Assembly (NCBI GenBank): GCA_039815375.1
Contig: JBCBZJ010000018.1
Span: 1 to 64,000 of the forward strand
Source of the DNA: Verrucomicrobiota bacterium
Lineage (GTDB): Bacteria; Verrucomicrobiota; Verrucomicrobiia; Opitutales; Coraliomargaritaceae
Direction of reading: 5' to 3'
DNA: 64,000 bases
This document shows, piece after piece, positions 28,274 through 38,128 of the stretch; within the stretch, counting starts at the first letter, position 1; the number at the start of each line of letters is the position of its first letter. A model generated the notes under the pieces. The model saw only the letters and a program-made list of their open reading frames with translations, was not told the DNA's origin and did not search any database. The position numbers and the translations under genes are program-made.

Positions 28274-28825
28274 CTAGTCGTGTCGCCAGCAGATCGAATC
28301 TGCAATTCTATCGCGAGTTTCTCTGTCTTTGAGAGTTTCTATCAATGCGAGGCCGAATTCTGTTGCAGTGCCTGCACCTGCGGAGGTCAAAATGTTGCCG
28401 TCTAGAATGAAAGCCGTATTTTCAGCATTTGGGAGTTCTTTTCTTGCTGCCGGATGCGCCGTATAGCGCAGATCTTCAGCGATTCCGGCATCGAGCAGTA
28501 AAAGTGGAGCAGCACAAATGCAGGCGACCAATTTGCCGGCAGTATGATGCCTTTGAAATATTTTGCAGATATCCGTATGATTACGGATTTCATTGATACC
28601 TGGCCCTCCGGGTAGAATGACCGTATCGAAAAGTTGATTCTCCAATAAGTCCCCGAGACTGCAATCAGCCAATAAGGTCATTCCACTTTTGCCTTTGACG
28701 AGCCGTTCCGCTGTGAGACTGGCCTGTGTGACTTCAATATTCGCTCGAGCCAGCAGGTCGATTGGTGCGACTGCTTCCATCTCCTCAAAACCGGGATGCA
28801 GAATGACAAGGGCTGTAGTTTTCAT
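28274..28825 (-). CDS. DJ-1/PfpI family protein
   Basis: Nucleophile-elbow Cys motif (LVACICAAPLLL). I place the start at MKTTALV to avoid overlap with the upstream gene. Confidence 0.75.
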   Translation of the reverse strand: MKTTALVILHPGFEEMEAVAPIDLLARANIEVTQASLTAERLVKGKSGMTLLADCSLGDLLENQLFDTVILPGGPGINEIRNHTDICKIFQRHHTAGKLVACICAAPLLLLDAGIAEDLRYTAHPAARKELPNAENTAFILDGNILTSAGAGTATEFGLALIETLKDRETRDRIADSICWRHD

Positions 28826-28832
28826 TGAGCCA

Positions 28833-29669
28833 TTAACTCTCCCCATGAATAAAGCGAAGCACAAGCTTCCAGTATTCCTCTCCCATCACTTCGACTAAAT
28901 CGTTGTGCCCGGATTCGACCCATTCGGCCTCCTTCTTTTTTGCGCGGTCGTAGTTTTTCAGTGCGTGCGAAAAGGGAACCGTAGTGTCGCGCTTGCCATG
29001 CATGAGGAGGATTCTGGAGTCGATCTTTGAAATGCGCTTAAGGTTATCAAAAATATCCCAAGGGAGAAGCTTGATGTGCGTCATGACGCGAAAGGTCGAT
29101 GTGAAGGCACCATCCATGACAAGACCGTCGACTGGGTATCGCTCGGCCAGCCAACAGGATGGCCCACTGCCTAAGGATCGCCCGTAGAGGACGATTTTTT
29201 GAGGGGAAAAGTTTAACTCAGAAAGAGCATATTGATAGGCGGCTTCGGCTGCATTAAAGACGCCGGTCTCGCTAGGCCTGCCGGTGCTTGTGCCATATCC
29301 GGGATAATCATAGGCCAGCACCGAAATCCCCCGCCGTTGAAACTCCTCTAGAAAAGGCCTGATGTCTCCAAGGTCCTCGCCGTTGCCATGGCTGTAGAAG
29401 AGTAGTTTCTCCGAGCCGGGGGCTTCAAGGAAGTAGGCAGAGATGGTTTCCCCGTCGTCGGACTTTAGCTTTATAATTTCCGGTCCATCCTGGTAGTTCT
29501 TTGCTGGTGCTGGAAAAATCATGGAATCCGCCATGAGGTAGGCATAAACGCAGGCCCCCGCATAGATGACTGTCAGTGCTGCGGTAAGGAGAATCAGGAT
29601 GTTGGCAATCATATGCTTGAGCGCGTCGGTAACTGAGCTCACGTTCTGAGTTTCAAAAAGCTTTTTCAT
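28833..29669 (-). CDS. alpha/beta hydrolase (membrane-anchored)
   Basis: GRSLG nucleophile elbow with downstream Asp/His, and an N-terminal TM helix. I place the start at MKKLFETQ. Confidence 0.7.
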   Translation of the reverse strand: MKKLFETQNVSSVTDALKHMIANILILLTAALTVIYAGACVYAYLMADSMIFPAPAKNYQDGPEIIKLKSDDGETISAYFLEAPGSEKLLFYSHGNGEDLGDIRPFLEEFQRRGISVLAYDYPGYGTSTGRPSETGVFNAAEAAYQYALSELNFSPQKIVLYGRSLGSGPSCWLAERYPVDGLVMDGAFTSTFRVMTHIKLLPWDIFDNLKRISKIDSRILLMHGKRDTTVPFSHALKNYDRAKKKEAEWVESGHNDLVEVMGEEYWKLVLRFIHGES

Positions 29670-29729
29670 ACTTACTGCAAACCAAACTAACGAACCGTGC
29701 CTAACCTTCAAACGATCAATTTTTCCCGA

Positions 29730-30962
29730 ATGGGTGGCGAGATCGATACTCCCGTGATCGTTGACTTAATGGCGCGTGCTTTGGCAAACCCCGATCTGCT
29801 TTCTCTTGCAGCTGGATTTACCGATAATGTGGCTTTGCCTCGAGAACTCGTCGGGCGACTTGCGGGTGAAATCGCTGCAGGTTCGATTGACGGTGAGCCG
29901 CTACAGTATGGTCAGAATCAAGGGCGTGTGCGCCTGCGTGAGTTGGCCTGCGCCAATATTGCGTCGCATCCCGGTGAGGTGCCGAGTCGATTTGATCCGG
30001 ATAATCTATTTATTACCAATGGGTCGCAACAAGCTCTCTATCTTGCGGCTCAGACCTTGTGTGATCGCGGTGATATTGTGCTTGTGGAAGAACCGAGCTA
30101 TTTCGTTTGTCTTGAGATGCTAAAGGGGCTTGGAATTCGGCCAGTTGGTATTCCCTGTGACCCAAGTGGAGTTATTCTACCGAACGCTTTGTCTGCTAAA
30201 CTAGCGGAGCTCGATGCAGCTGGTGAGCGTTCACGTATCAAAGCGATCTACCTGGTCAGCTATTTCTGCAATCCCAGCAGTCGTTCATTGGAGCTTCCTG
30301 AGAAGGAGGCAGTTGCTCGTGTCTTGCTTGATGCGGACCTGCGGATACCGGTCATCGAAGACGCAGCTTATCGTGATCTCTACTTTGAGCAGCCGCACCC
30401 GGTCCCCTCGATTATCAGTCTGGCGGCCTTTGACAACTTTCCGTTACTCTACCTTGGCACCTTTACCAAACCCTTCGCGACGGGTCTGAAAACAGGATAC
30501 GGCTATTGCACGCATCCGGTATGGTTGGAAAAGATGCTTTGCATCAAGGGGCATCAAGACTTCGGCTCTGCTCATTTCAATCAGTGCATCATTGAACGCG
30601 CCCTAGAGACGGGTGATTACGAAAACCACTTGGAGAGAATTCGGCCCCACTATGCGGCTAAAGCTCAGCTGATGGAGGATGCCCTCCAAGCCGGTGGCCT
30701 GAGGCAATCCGGCTGGCTGTGGAAGCAGCCAAAAGGCGGTTTGATTTTCTGGTTGCGAGGACCTGAGGGCGCGGATTTTCGTATGGACAGCGATTTCTGC
30801 AAAGGCTGCATCGACAATGGTGTGCTCTACGTGCCGGGTGATTTGTGCTTTGCTACCGGCCAGCCTTGGAATTGCATTCGTCTATCCTGTGGTGCGATCT
30901 CAGAGGATAGGCTGGATGAAGCTGTCCAGCGTTTTGCCTTCCAGGCTTCCAAGCTTGGCTGA
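29730..30962 (+). CDS. PLP-dependent aminotransferase (class I/II fold, MocR-type catalytic domain without HTH)
   Basis: Aminotransferase fold motifs, with a lysine-containing FTKPFATGLK segment. Confidence 0.65.
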   Translation: MGGEIDTPVIVDLMARALANPDLLSLAAGFTDNVALPRELVGRLAGEIAAGSIDGEPLQYGQNQGRVRLRELACANIASHPGEVPSRFDPDNLFITNGSQQALYLAAQTLCDRGDIVLVEEPSYFVCLEMLKGLGIRPVGIPCDPSGVILPNALSAKLAELDAAGERSRIKAIYLVSYFCNPSSRSLELPEKEAVARVLLDADLRIPVIEDAAYRDLYFEQPHPVPSIISLAAFDNFPLLYLGTFTKPFATGLKTGYGYCTHPVWLEKMLCIKGHQDFGSAHFNQCIIERALETGDYENHLERIRPHYAAKAQLMEDALQAGGLRQSGWLWKQPKGGLIFWLRGPEGADFRMDSDFCKGCIDNGVLYVPGDLCFATGQPWNCIRLSCGAISEDRLDEAVQRFAFQASKLG

Positions 30963-31007
30963 TTGAGAGCTTTACTCGGAAGGCCCTCTTTTGTATCCCG
31001 CTTCAAC

Positions 31008-32366
31008 ATGGTCGACGAAACCAAAGAGGATAATGCCAAGATCAAGCAGCTGATCGGATCCGGTCAACTAAAGGCGCTCTCGGAGGAACTCGCGAATCTA
31101 GCCATTCCTGAGGTTGCCGATCTCTTGCTACAGCTGGACAAACCGCATCAGATCCTCGTCTATCGTGCTCTGGCGCGGCCACGTGCTGCAGATGTGTTTG
31201 CCCTTCTCGAAGCTGATGAGCAGGACCAGATTCTCGAAGCATTGACGGATCAGGATACGCGGCACCTTCTGGCTAACTTAAGCCCCGACGATCGGACTGC
31301 CATGCTCGAAGAGCTTCCAGCCACAGTGCAGCGGCGCTTAATGCAGCTGCTTTCGCCGGAAGATTTGGCGGAATCGCGGCAACTGCTTGGCTACCCGGAG
31401 GAGAGTGTAGGGCGTCTGATGACGCCGGACTATATCCGTATCCGAGCTGAGTGGACTTGTGATCAGGCCCTTGCCCATATCCGTAAATACGGCCGGGACA
31501 GTGAAGTATTCAATATTCTCTATGTGACTGACGGAAATGGCCTGTTAATCGACATTGTTCGGATGCGTCGACTCATCATGGCAAATCCATCCACCCTGAT
31601 TAAGGACATGCTTAACTACAGCTTTGTCTGTATTTCGGCTTATGATGACCGTGAAGTCGCTGTGGAGATGATTCAGCGCTACGACGTGAACGCCTTGCCC
31701 GTAGTCGATTCCGAGGGCGTCATCGTCGGAATCGTTACGGTTGACGATATCATGGACGTGGCGGAAGAAGAAGCCACTGAGGATATCCAGCTCGGTGCTG
31801 CAGTTGCCCCTCTGGAGTCCCGCTACAGCGCGACCGGTCCTTTTGAGCTCTTCCGAAAACGCATCGTCTGGTTGTTAGTCTTGATTTTCGTCAACCTTAT
31901 CTCCGCTGCGGTTATCTCGAGCTACGAGGATTACCTTCTCGAATTCATTACTCTGGCACTCTTCATGCCTTTAGTTATTGCGAGCGGCGGAAACAGTGGT
32001 GCTCAGTCAGCAACGCTGATGGTCCGAGCGATCGCGACAGGTGACCTCGACGCAGGCGATTGGCTGCGTGCAGTTGTGAAAGAGGTTTCGGTTGGAATAC
32101 TGCTTGGTCTGGCCATGGGTGTTATCGCTTATGGGGTAGGTGCTTTGTATGGCCGTGACGGTAGCATCGCACTTATTATTGGCCTAAGTATGGTTTCTAT
32201 TGTTCTGGTGGCCAATACTTTTGGAGCCTTGCTTCCGTTTGCGCTCGAGCGAGTGAAGATTGATCCTGCGGTGGCCAGCAGTCCGCTCATTACATCAGTT
32301 ATGGACGTGCTTGGTTTGATCATCTATTTCTCCATCGCAGTGCTGGTTTTGAGTCCGTCTCTGTAG
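31008..32366 (+). CDS. mgtE: magnesium transporter MgtE
   Basis: N-terminal domain, a CBS pair and a C-terminal 5-TM MgtE domain ([17 protein letters not shown]). Confidence 0.85.
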   Translation: MVDETKEDNAKIKQLIGSGQLKALSEELANLAIPEVADLLLQLDKPHQILVYRALARPRAADVFALLEADEQDQILEALTDQDTRHLLANLSPDDRTAMLEELPATVQRRLMQLLSPEDLAESRQLLGYPEESVGRLMTPDYIRIRAEWTCDQALAHIRKYGRDSEVFNILYVTDGNGLLIDIVRMRRLIMANPSTLIKDMLNYSFVCISAYDDREVAVEMIQRYDVNALPVVDSEGVIVGIVTVDDIMDVAEEEATEDIQLGAAVAPLESRYSATGPFELFRKRIVWLLVLIFVNLISAAVISSYEDYLLEFITLALFMPLVIASGGNSGAQSATLMVRAIATGDLDAGDWLRAVVKEVSVGILLGLAMGVIAYGVGALYGRDGSIALIIGLSMVSIVLVANTFGALLPFALERVKIDPAVASSPLITSVMDVLGLIIYFSIAVLVLSPSL

Positions 32367-32369
32367 CTT

Positions 32370-34031
32370 GTGATGCAGCTTTTCCCGAAGCCAAGGATCT
32401 TTCGTGACCTTGGATTAGGCTGTTCCAGAGCCGTAAAGCCCGTATTGAAAATGGGTGATAGCTCGCTGCCGCCTCAGGGCTTTCGCATCGAGATTTCCGG
32501 GAATGGGATACGAATTGATGCGATCGATGAAAAGGGCGCTTTTTATGCCAAGCAGTTGCTCAATCAGATCTTAGAAGAGACAGAGGGTGGCACTTTGCCG
32601 GGGTTATTGATCGAGGATTGGCCCGATTTTATACAGCGTGGCTACATGCTTGATGTTTCGCGGGACCGTGTGCCGACGATGGAGCACCTGTTTCACTTAG
32701 TTGATTATCTTTCGCTACTTCGCTATAACCAGTTGCAGCTCTACACCGAACACGCCTTTGCTTTTGGCCAGCACGAGAAGGTCTGGAAAAATGCTTCGCC
32801 GATGACGGCTGCTGAAATTCGTCAGCTCGATCAATATTGCCGGGATCGGCATATTGATCTGGTTCCGAATCAAAACTCTTTCGGCCACATGGAGCGCTGG
32901 CTGAAACATGAGGAATACAAACATCTCGCCGAATGTCCTGAAGGGTTCGAGCATCCGATTTCAAAGAAATGGCTACCTCAGGGGAGCGTCTTGAAGCCCG
33001 ATGAGCAGAGTCTTTGTTTTATTGAGGGTCTTTACGCTGAATTACTCCCGAACTTCAGCAGCCGACAATTCAATATTGGCGGCGATGAGCCTTGGGAGCT
33101 TGGTTGGGGCGCGAGCAAAGAACGTGTGGAGCAAGAGGGTAAACACGCCGTCTATCTCGATTTCCTCAAAGAGCTCTGCAAGTTGGCGGAGCAGCATGGG
33201 GTAGAGCCGATGTGTTGGGCCGATGTGCTTTTGGAGAACCCTGAGTCAATGAAGCAGTTACCGGATAATATCACTTCAGTTCTCTGGGGCTACGAGGCAG
33301 ACCATCCCTTCGAAGAACAGTGCGCTATTCTTGGTAAGCTCCAACGTCCTTTCTATGTCGCTCCCGGAGATTCCACCTGGAGTAGTTTCCTCGGTCGACA
33401 CGAGACGATGCTGGCAAGTGTTAGAGCTGCAGCACAAAATGGGAAAACACATGGAGCGAGTGGATTTCTCATGACGCACTGGGGTGACAATGGGCACCCA
33501 CAGACCTGGCCGATTGCTTTGCCCGGTATGATTTGGGCGGGTCTCCAATGCTGGAATGGTTCGCGTACACCTGCCGAATTAAGACAGGCTATTCAGAACA
33601 TCTTACAGGATTTCGACGGGGCCTACTCCGAGCTCCTTCATGCCGTCGGGTCCTTCGAAGATCTTCTTGATATCAAATTGACCAATCGCAGCTATCTTGC
33701 CAGCACGATGCTGATCGATAGAGACGAACTGCTGATCTTCAACCCAAAGCCCGAGAGCGATCATTTACACGCGTTTGTTGAGCGATGTGCATCGACTATT
33801 CAGCGACTGGATAAAACTAGTCCCGACACAAACGATATGAATTGGCTGGTTGACGAATTAACTCTGGCTCTCGAAATGAGCCGTTGGGCGGCAACCCGTT
33901 GCCTGGGCCTTGATCAGAACGAGTCTGATCGGATCGACCTGATTGATCGCTATCGAATTTGTTGGTTGCGACGGAGTCGTCCAGGGGGATTGGAGGACAG
34001 CCTGGCTAAGCTCAGAGGCCTTTCTTCTTAA
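32370..34031 (+). CDS. glycoside hydrolase family 20 (beta-N-acetylhexosaminidase-like)
   Basis: TIM-barrel GH20 core (IEDWPDFIQRGYMLDVSR...NQNSFGHMERW). Confidence 0.75.
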   Translation: MMQLFPKPRIFRDLGLGCSRAVKPVLKMGDSSLPPQGFRIEISGNGIRIDAIDEKGAFYAKQLLNQILEETEGGTLPGLLIEDWPDFIQRGYMLDVSRDRVPTMEHLFHLVDYLSLLRYNQLQLYTEHAFAFGQHEKVWKNASPMTAAEIRQLDQYCRDRHIDLVPNQNSFGHMERWLKHEEYKHLAECPEGFEHPISKKWLPQGSVLKPDEQSLCFIEGLYAELLPNFSSRQFNIGGDEPWELGWGASKERVEQEGKHAVYLDFLKELCKLAEQHGVEPMCWADVLLENPESMKQLPDNITSVLWGYEADHPFEEQCAILGKLQRPFYVAPGDSTWSSFLGRHETMLASVRAAAQNGKTHGASGFLMTHWGDNGHPQTWPIALPGMIWAGLQCWNGSRTPAELRQAIQNILQDFDGAYSELLHAVGSFEDLLDIKLTNRSYLASTMLIDRDELLIFNPKPESDHLHAFVERCASTIQRLDKTSPDTNDMNWLVDELTLALEMSRWAATRCLGLDQNESDRIDLIDRYRICWLRRSRPGGLEDSLAKLRGLSS

Positions 34032-34960
34032 GTATTGAAGTCCTCCGTAATAAGCAGTTCGGAGGCTTCTGTTGCAGTAAACTCGAAACTGCTTGAGGCC
34101 GGAAGTAAGGCATTAACGCTCTTCTTCAATTCAGAGCCGTCGTTGCCGTTGAGCTTGCCTAGCACAACACTTAATATGCGGGGGGAGCCCGCCTCGAAAG
34201 AGATTGTCTCACCTTCTGCGAGCACCACTTTGCGAAGATTGAATACATCGCTTTCGGCAAGAAGTTGAGAATCTCCGGTTGGTTTCAGCGTGTCGGGCTC
34301 GAAATCGTCAAAGTCCGTGCTCTTTAGCGATTCTTCAATGTGGAGTTGCCGTGGCTGTCCATCAAGCCCGACACGGCCCCAGTCGTAAACACGATAAGTA
34401 GTGTCGGAGTTCTGCTGAATCTCAAGAATCAGATTGCCTCCACCGATGGCGTGGAGCCGTCCGCTGGGGATGAAAATGGATTCACCGGCTTTGACCGGGA
34501 TACTATGGACCAGCGGTTCGAGCGCATTGTTTTGAAGGCCAGCTTCGAAGTCTTCCCGGGATACACCTTCCTTGAGTCCGGCCATGAGTGCGGCATGTGG
34601 TTCGGCCTCCGCAATATACCAGTTTTCGGTCTTGGGCTCCCCGCCGAGTTCGGGTGCGATGTTTGCGGGTGGGTGAACCTGCAGACTGAGCTTTTCCTGA
34701 CAATCGAGCCATTTCACGAGAATCGGGAAGGGGCGATCGGCCGGCCAGTCTGCACCCATGATACCCATAGGGTCTTTCTCAATCAGTTCTCGGATTGAAT
34801 TGCCTGAAGTGGTTGTGGATTGGGCCTCTGGTCGATCGACGATCTCCCAGCTTTCGCCGATGACTTTGCCTGCAGGCAGAGTGCGACCGAGTTTTTGTTC
34901 CAGATCGCGACCACCCCAGACGCGTTCCTGATAAATGGGTACAAAGACAATTGCTTTCAT
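34028..34960 (-). CDS. manA: mannose-6-phosphate isomerase, class I
   Basis: Cupin motifs LSLQVHP, HAIGGGNLILEIQQNSD and YRVYDWGR. Confidence 0.8.
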   Translation of the reverse strand: MKAIVFVPIYQERVWGGRDLEQKLGRTLPAGKVIGESWEIVDRPEAQSTTTSGNSIRELIEKDPMGIMGADWPADRPFPILVKWLDCQEKLSLQVHPPANIAPELGGEPKTENWYIAEAEPHAALMAGLKEGVSREDFEAGLQNNALEPLVHSIPVKAGESIFIPSGRLHAIGGGNLILEIQQNSDTTYRVYDWGRVGLDGQPRQLHIEESLKSTDFDDFEPDTLKPTGDSQLLAESDVFNLRKVVLAEGETISFEAGSPRILSVVLGKLNGNDGSELKKSVNALLPASSSFEFTATEASELLITEDFNT

Positions 34961-35221
34961 AAACTGGCGATATTTTTCTTTCCGAGCGCTTTGTCGATAA
35001 AGAGTTTGGGATTCGCGTCATTTCTAACTGAGTTCAGGATTAATCAAAATGTAGATAGTCTACAGCCTTGAGGTCTTAAATGAAGCGATTAACCTCTAAA
35101 GGAACCTAACTAATTGAGGAAAAAGAGCGTTTTTTATAAATTACTCTATTTAACCCCTTGACGGCCCTAATCCTAGCGCCATGTTTATTATTTTAAACAT
35201 AAGATTTCAAATAATAAACGG

Positions 35222-36580
35222 ATGGCCTCGATAAATCTCAAGACAGAAATTCCTGGACCAAAGAGCCGAGCACTTATGGAGCGTCGCTCTGCAGCAGTGC
35301 CGCAAGGACCTTTCCACATTACACCGGTTTTTGCGGCAAAGGCGCAAGGACCGACCGTTGAGGATGTTGATGGAAATCGCTTTCTCGATTTCGCCAATGG
35401 AATCGGCGTGACCAATACAGGGCACAATCATCCTGAAGTCGTCGCTGCGGTAAAAGAGCAAACCGATCAATACATTCACACGAGCTTCAACGTCATGCCA
35501 TACGAGCCATACGTTGAAGTTGCGGAACGTTTGAATCAACTCGCGCCTGGAGACTTTCCAAAAAAGACCTTTCTCGTGAATTCAGGAGCTGAAGCGGTAG
35601 AAAACGCGGTCAAATTTGCACGTGCTTTCACGAAGCGCCAAGGAATCATCTGTTTTGACCATGCCTACCATGGTCGCACCTACATGGCGATGACCATGAC
35701 TGCGAAAACGAAGCCGTATAAACATGGCTTCGCACCGTTTAATCCAGAGGTCTACCGGGCGCCCCTACCTTACAACTACCGTTGGCCGGGTCAGCAGGGC
35801 AAAGGTGATGAGCCGACGGTTGTTGCAGAAGCATTTCGGGCATTTATCGATGTCGTCGAAGGTCAGGTAGGACCTGACCAAGTAGCGGCAGTTGTTATCG
35901 AGCCGGTAGTGGGTGAGGGCGGCTTCATTCCGGTTCCGCTTCAGTTCATGAAAAAACTGGATCATTACTGCAAGGAGCATGGCATCCTTCTGATTCTTGA
36001 TGAGATTCAAACTGGCTTCGGACGCACCGCAAAAATGTTTGCAGCGAATCACTACGGCCTCGAGCCGGATATGCTGATTCTAGCGAAGGGGCTTGCAGGA
36101 GGAATGCCGCTCTCTGCTGTGGTCGGCCGCGCCGATGTTTTGGAGGGAACTCCGGTCGGTGGAGCCGGAGGCACATACAGTGGAAACCCCGTAGCCTGTG
36201 CGGCAGCTCTCGCTGCTTTGGACCATTACGAGAATCCCGAAACTTTCGCCCACGCAAGAGTTCTTGGGGATGTCATGATCAAAACGCTCAATGAGTGGTT
36301 TGAACAATATCCAATCATTGGAGACCATCGAGGTCTTGGGCCGATGCGTGCTATCGAACTTGTCACTGATCGGGAAAGCAAAACTCCAAACAAAGATGCG
36401 GTTGGGGCGATTCTCAAGCACAGCTATGAGAACGGCGTTATCTGCATAGGAGCGGGAACCTATGGCAATGTTCTCCGTTTCCTCATTCCGCTCACTGCTA
36501 CGGTGAAAGAACTGGAAGAGGGGCTATCGATTGTTGAAGAAGGTATTCGTCGTTTATGCCCAGTTCCCGCCGATGTATAA
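35222..36580 (+). CDS. gabT: 4-aminobutyrate/class-III aminotransferase
   Basis: Class III AT signature and a PLP lysine region (LDEIQTGFGRTAKMFA). Confidence 0.8.
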   Translation: MASINLKTEIPGPKSRALMERRSAAVPQGPFHITPVFAAKAQGPTVEDVDGNRFLDFANGIGVTNTGHNHPEVVAAVKEQTDQYIHTSFNVMPYEPYVEVAERLNQLAPGDFPKKTFLVNSGAEAVENAVKFARAFTKRQGIICFDHAYHGRTYMAMTMTAKTKPYKHGFAPFNPEVYRAPLPYNYRWPGQQGKGDEPTVVAEAFRAFIDVVEGQVGPDQVAAVVIEPVVGEGGFIPVPLQFMKKLDHYCKEHGILLILDEIQTGFGRTAKMFAANHYGLEPDMLILAKGLAGGMPLSAVVGRADVLEGTPVGGAGGTYSGNPVACAAALAALDHYENPETFAHARVLGDVMIKTLNEWFEQYPIIGDHRGLGPMRAIELVTDRESKTPNKDAVGAILKHSYENGVICIGAGTYGNVLRFLIPLTATVKELEEGLSIVEEGIRRLCPVPADV

Positions 36581-36598
36581 ATTTGCTAACTAACTGAT

Positions 36599-38128
36599 AT
36601 GAAACAACAGATCCTAATCATTTCACTCGCATTAGTGTTTACTACCAGCACTTTTGCGGATGAATCGGCAGAGATGGCCGAACTCAGAGCGCTTGTGAAG
36701 GCTCTCTCTGAAGAAAACAGTAGTCTGAAGCAGCAGCTTTCTGCCCGTGAGACGAAGCTAGAGAAACAGGAAGAAGAGCTAGAGGTGATGAAAGCAGATC
36801 AGCGCGAGGCCCGTCGAGAACAGCGCGAGTTCAGTGGTAGCGCAAACGGACGCGAGCGTGGTCCCGGCGGTCTCATTCAGCTCGGACCCGTTTCAATTGG
36901 AGGTGCACTACGCGCCAATTACACTGTTGGGGATTACGACAACCCGGCACTCGATGGCGATATTCTGGGGCCGGGGCGTGATGGCGATGGAGGAACTTTT
37001 ACGCTGGATACATTTTATGTGAATGCTTCGCTCGAAGAAGGCAATTTCATCGGACAAGCAGAGTATCGTTTTTATGATCAGTTGGACGAGCTTGGCGGCT
37101 ATAACTTCATTCACACGCTCTGGGGTGGCTACCGATTCAATGACGGTTCTGAATTAAAGGTTGGCGTTGTTGAGGTTCCTTTCGGACTGGAACGTTTTGG
37201 TAACTCATACGGTTTCTTCAACTCCCTTGAGAATATTGTTGGCCTTTCCGATGACCGTGATCTCGGCGCCGTGTATTCCTTGTCCTGGAAAGACTTCGAT
37301 ATCGACTTGGGCTATTTTTACGGCGAAGAACCAAATGGAAATGGTCAAAGCGCAAACAGTGCACGTGGTTCGTATGACATTATCAATACATCGAATGCAA
37401 ATCTGCTGGCCCAAAACAATTTCCTTAACGGGAACTTTTCTCCTTTCCGTGAGCGCGACCAATTTAACGTCCGGGTAAAATACAACTTTTACTGGGGCGA
37501 CTTTGAAAACGTGGTCGGTGCGTCCCTTCAATATGGAAATCTTGAGGCCACTGATGACCGCTTCGACGACGGAGACGCAACCGCTGGAAGTATATTTCTA
37601 AAGTCTACCTATGGTAACTGGCAGTTAAAGGCCGGTGTGACAAAATATCATTATGATACGGATACACTGAAAGACCCACTAGTTCCGCTTATCGGATTCA
37701 ACCCGGACCAGATTGTCGTTGGGGCCTTTGATATTCCCATCTTTATCGCATCCGAGGGCACGATTCCCTCGTTTGGTTTGAGCTATACTCACATACCTCG
37801 GAACATTGACTTCATCGACTGGATTGTTCCATACATCGACTACTCGATTATTCTCAAGGATGGTGAAACCAATGGCCAATACTACTTCCAGCAATTCGTT
37901 GGAACTGAGTTTCAGGATAGTGAGCAATTCACGCTCGGTGCCATCGTTGGTATGGGTGATTTTATCATCTATATCGATACGGTCTTTGGTAAAGGTTCTC
38001 CATTGATTGGGAACGAAACCGGGCAGCTTCTCTTTGGAGGCGCTCTCAACGACAGCCTTTCTGCTGTGGTGCCATTCGATGACAGCTGGCAAACAAGGTT
38101 TAATATTAATGTTGGTTACTACTTCTAG
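36599..38128 (+). CDS. outer-membrane porin with an N-terminal coiled coil (OprO/P-like beta-barrel)
   Basis: Signal peptide, a ~60-aa heptad coiled coil, an alternating-hydrophobic beta-strand pattern and a C-terminal aromatic (YYF). Confidence 0.6.
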   Translation: MKQQILIISLALVFTTSTFADESAEMAELRALVKALSEENSSLKQQLSARETKLEKQEEELEVMKADQREARREQREFSGSANGRERGPGGLIQLGPVSIGGALRANYTVGDYDNPALDGDILGPGRDGDGGTFTLDTFYVNASLEEGNFIGQAEYRFYDQLDELGGYNFIHTLWGGYRFNDGSELKVGVVEVPFGLERFGNSYGFFNSLENIVGLSDDRDLGAVYSLSWKDFDIDLGYFYGEEPNGNGQSANSARGSYDIINTSNANLLAQNNFLNGNFSPFRERDQFNVRVKYNFYWGDFENVVGASLQYGNLEATDDRFDDGDATAGSIFLKSTYGNWQLKAGVTKYHYDTDTLKDPLVPLIGFNPDQIVVGAFDIPIFIASEGTIPSFGLSYTHIPRNIDFIDWIVPYIDYSIILKDGETNGQYYFQQFVGTEFQDSEQFTLGAIVGMGDFIIYIDTVFGKGSPLIGNETGQLLFGGALNDSLSAVVPFDDSWQTRFNINVGYYF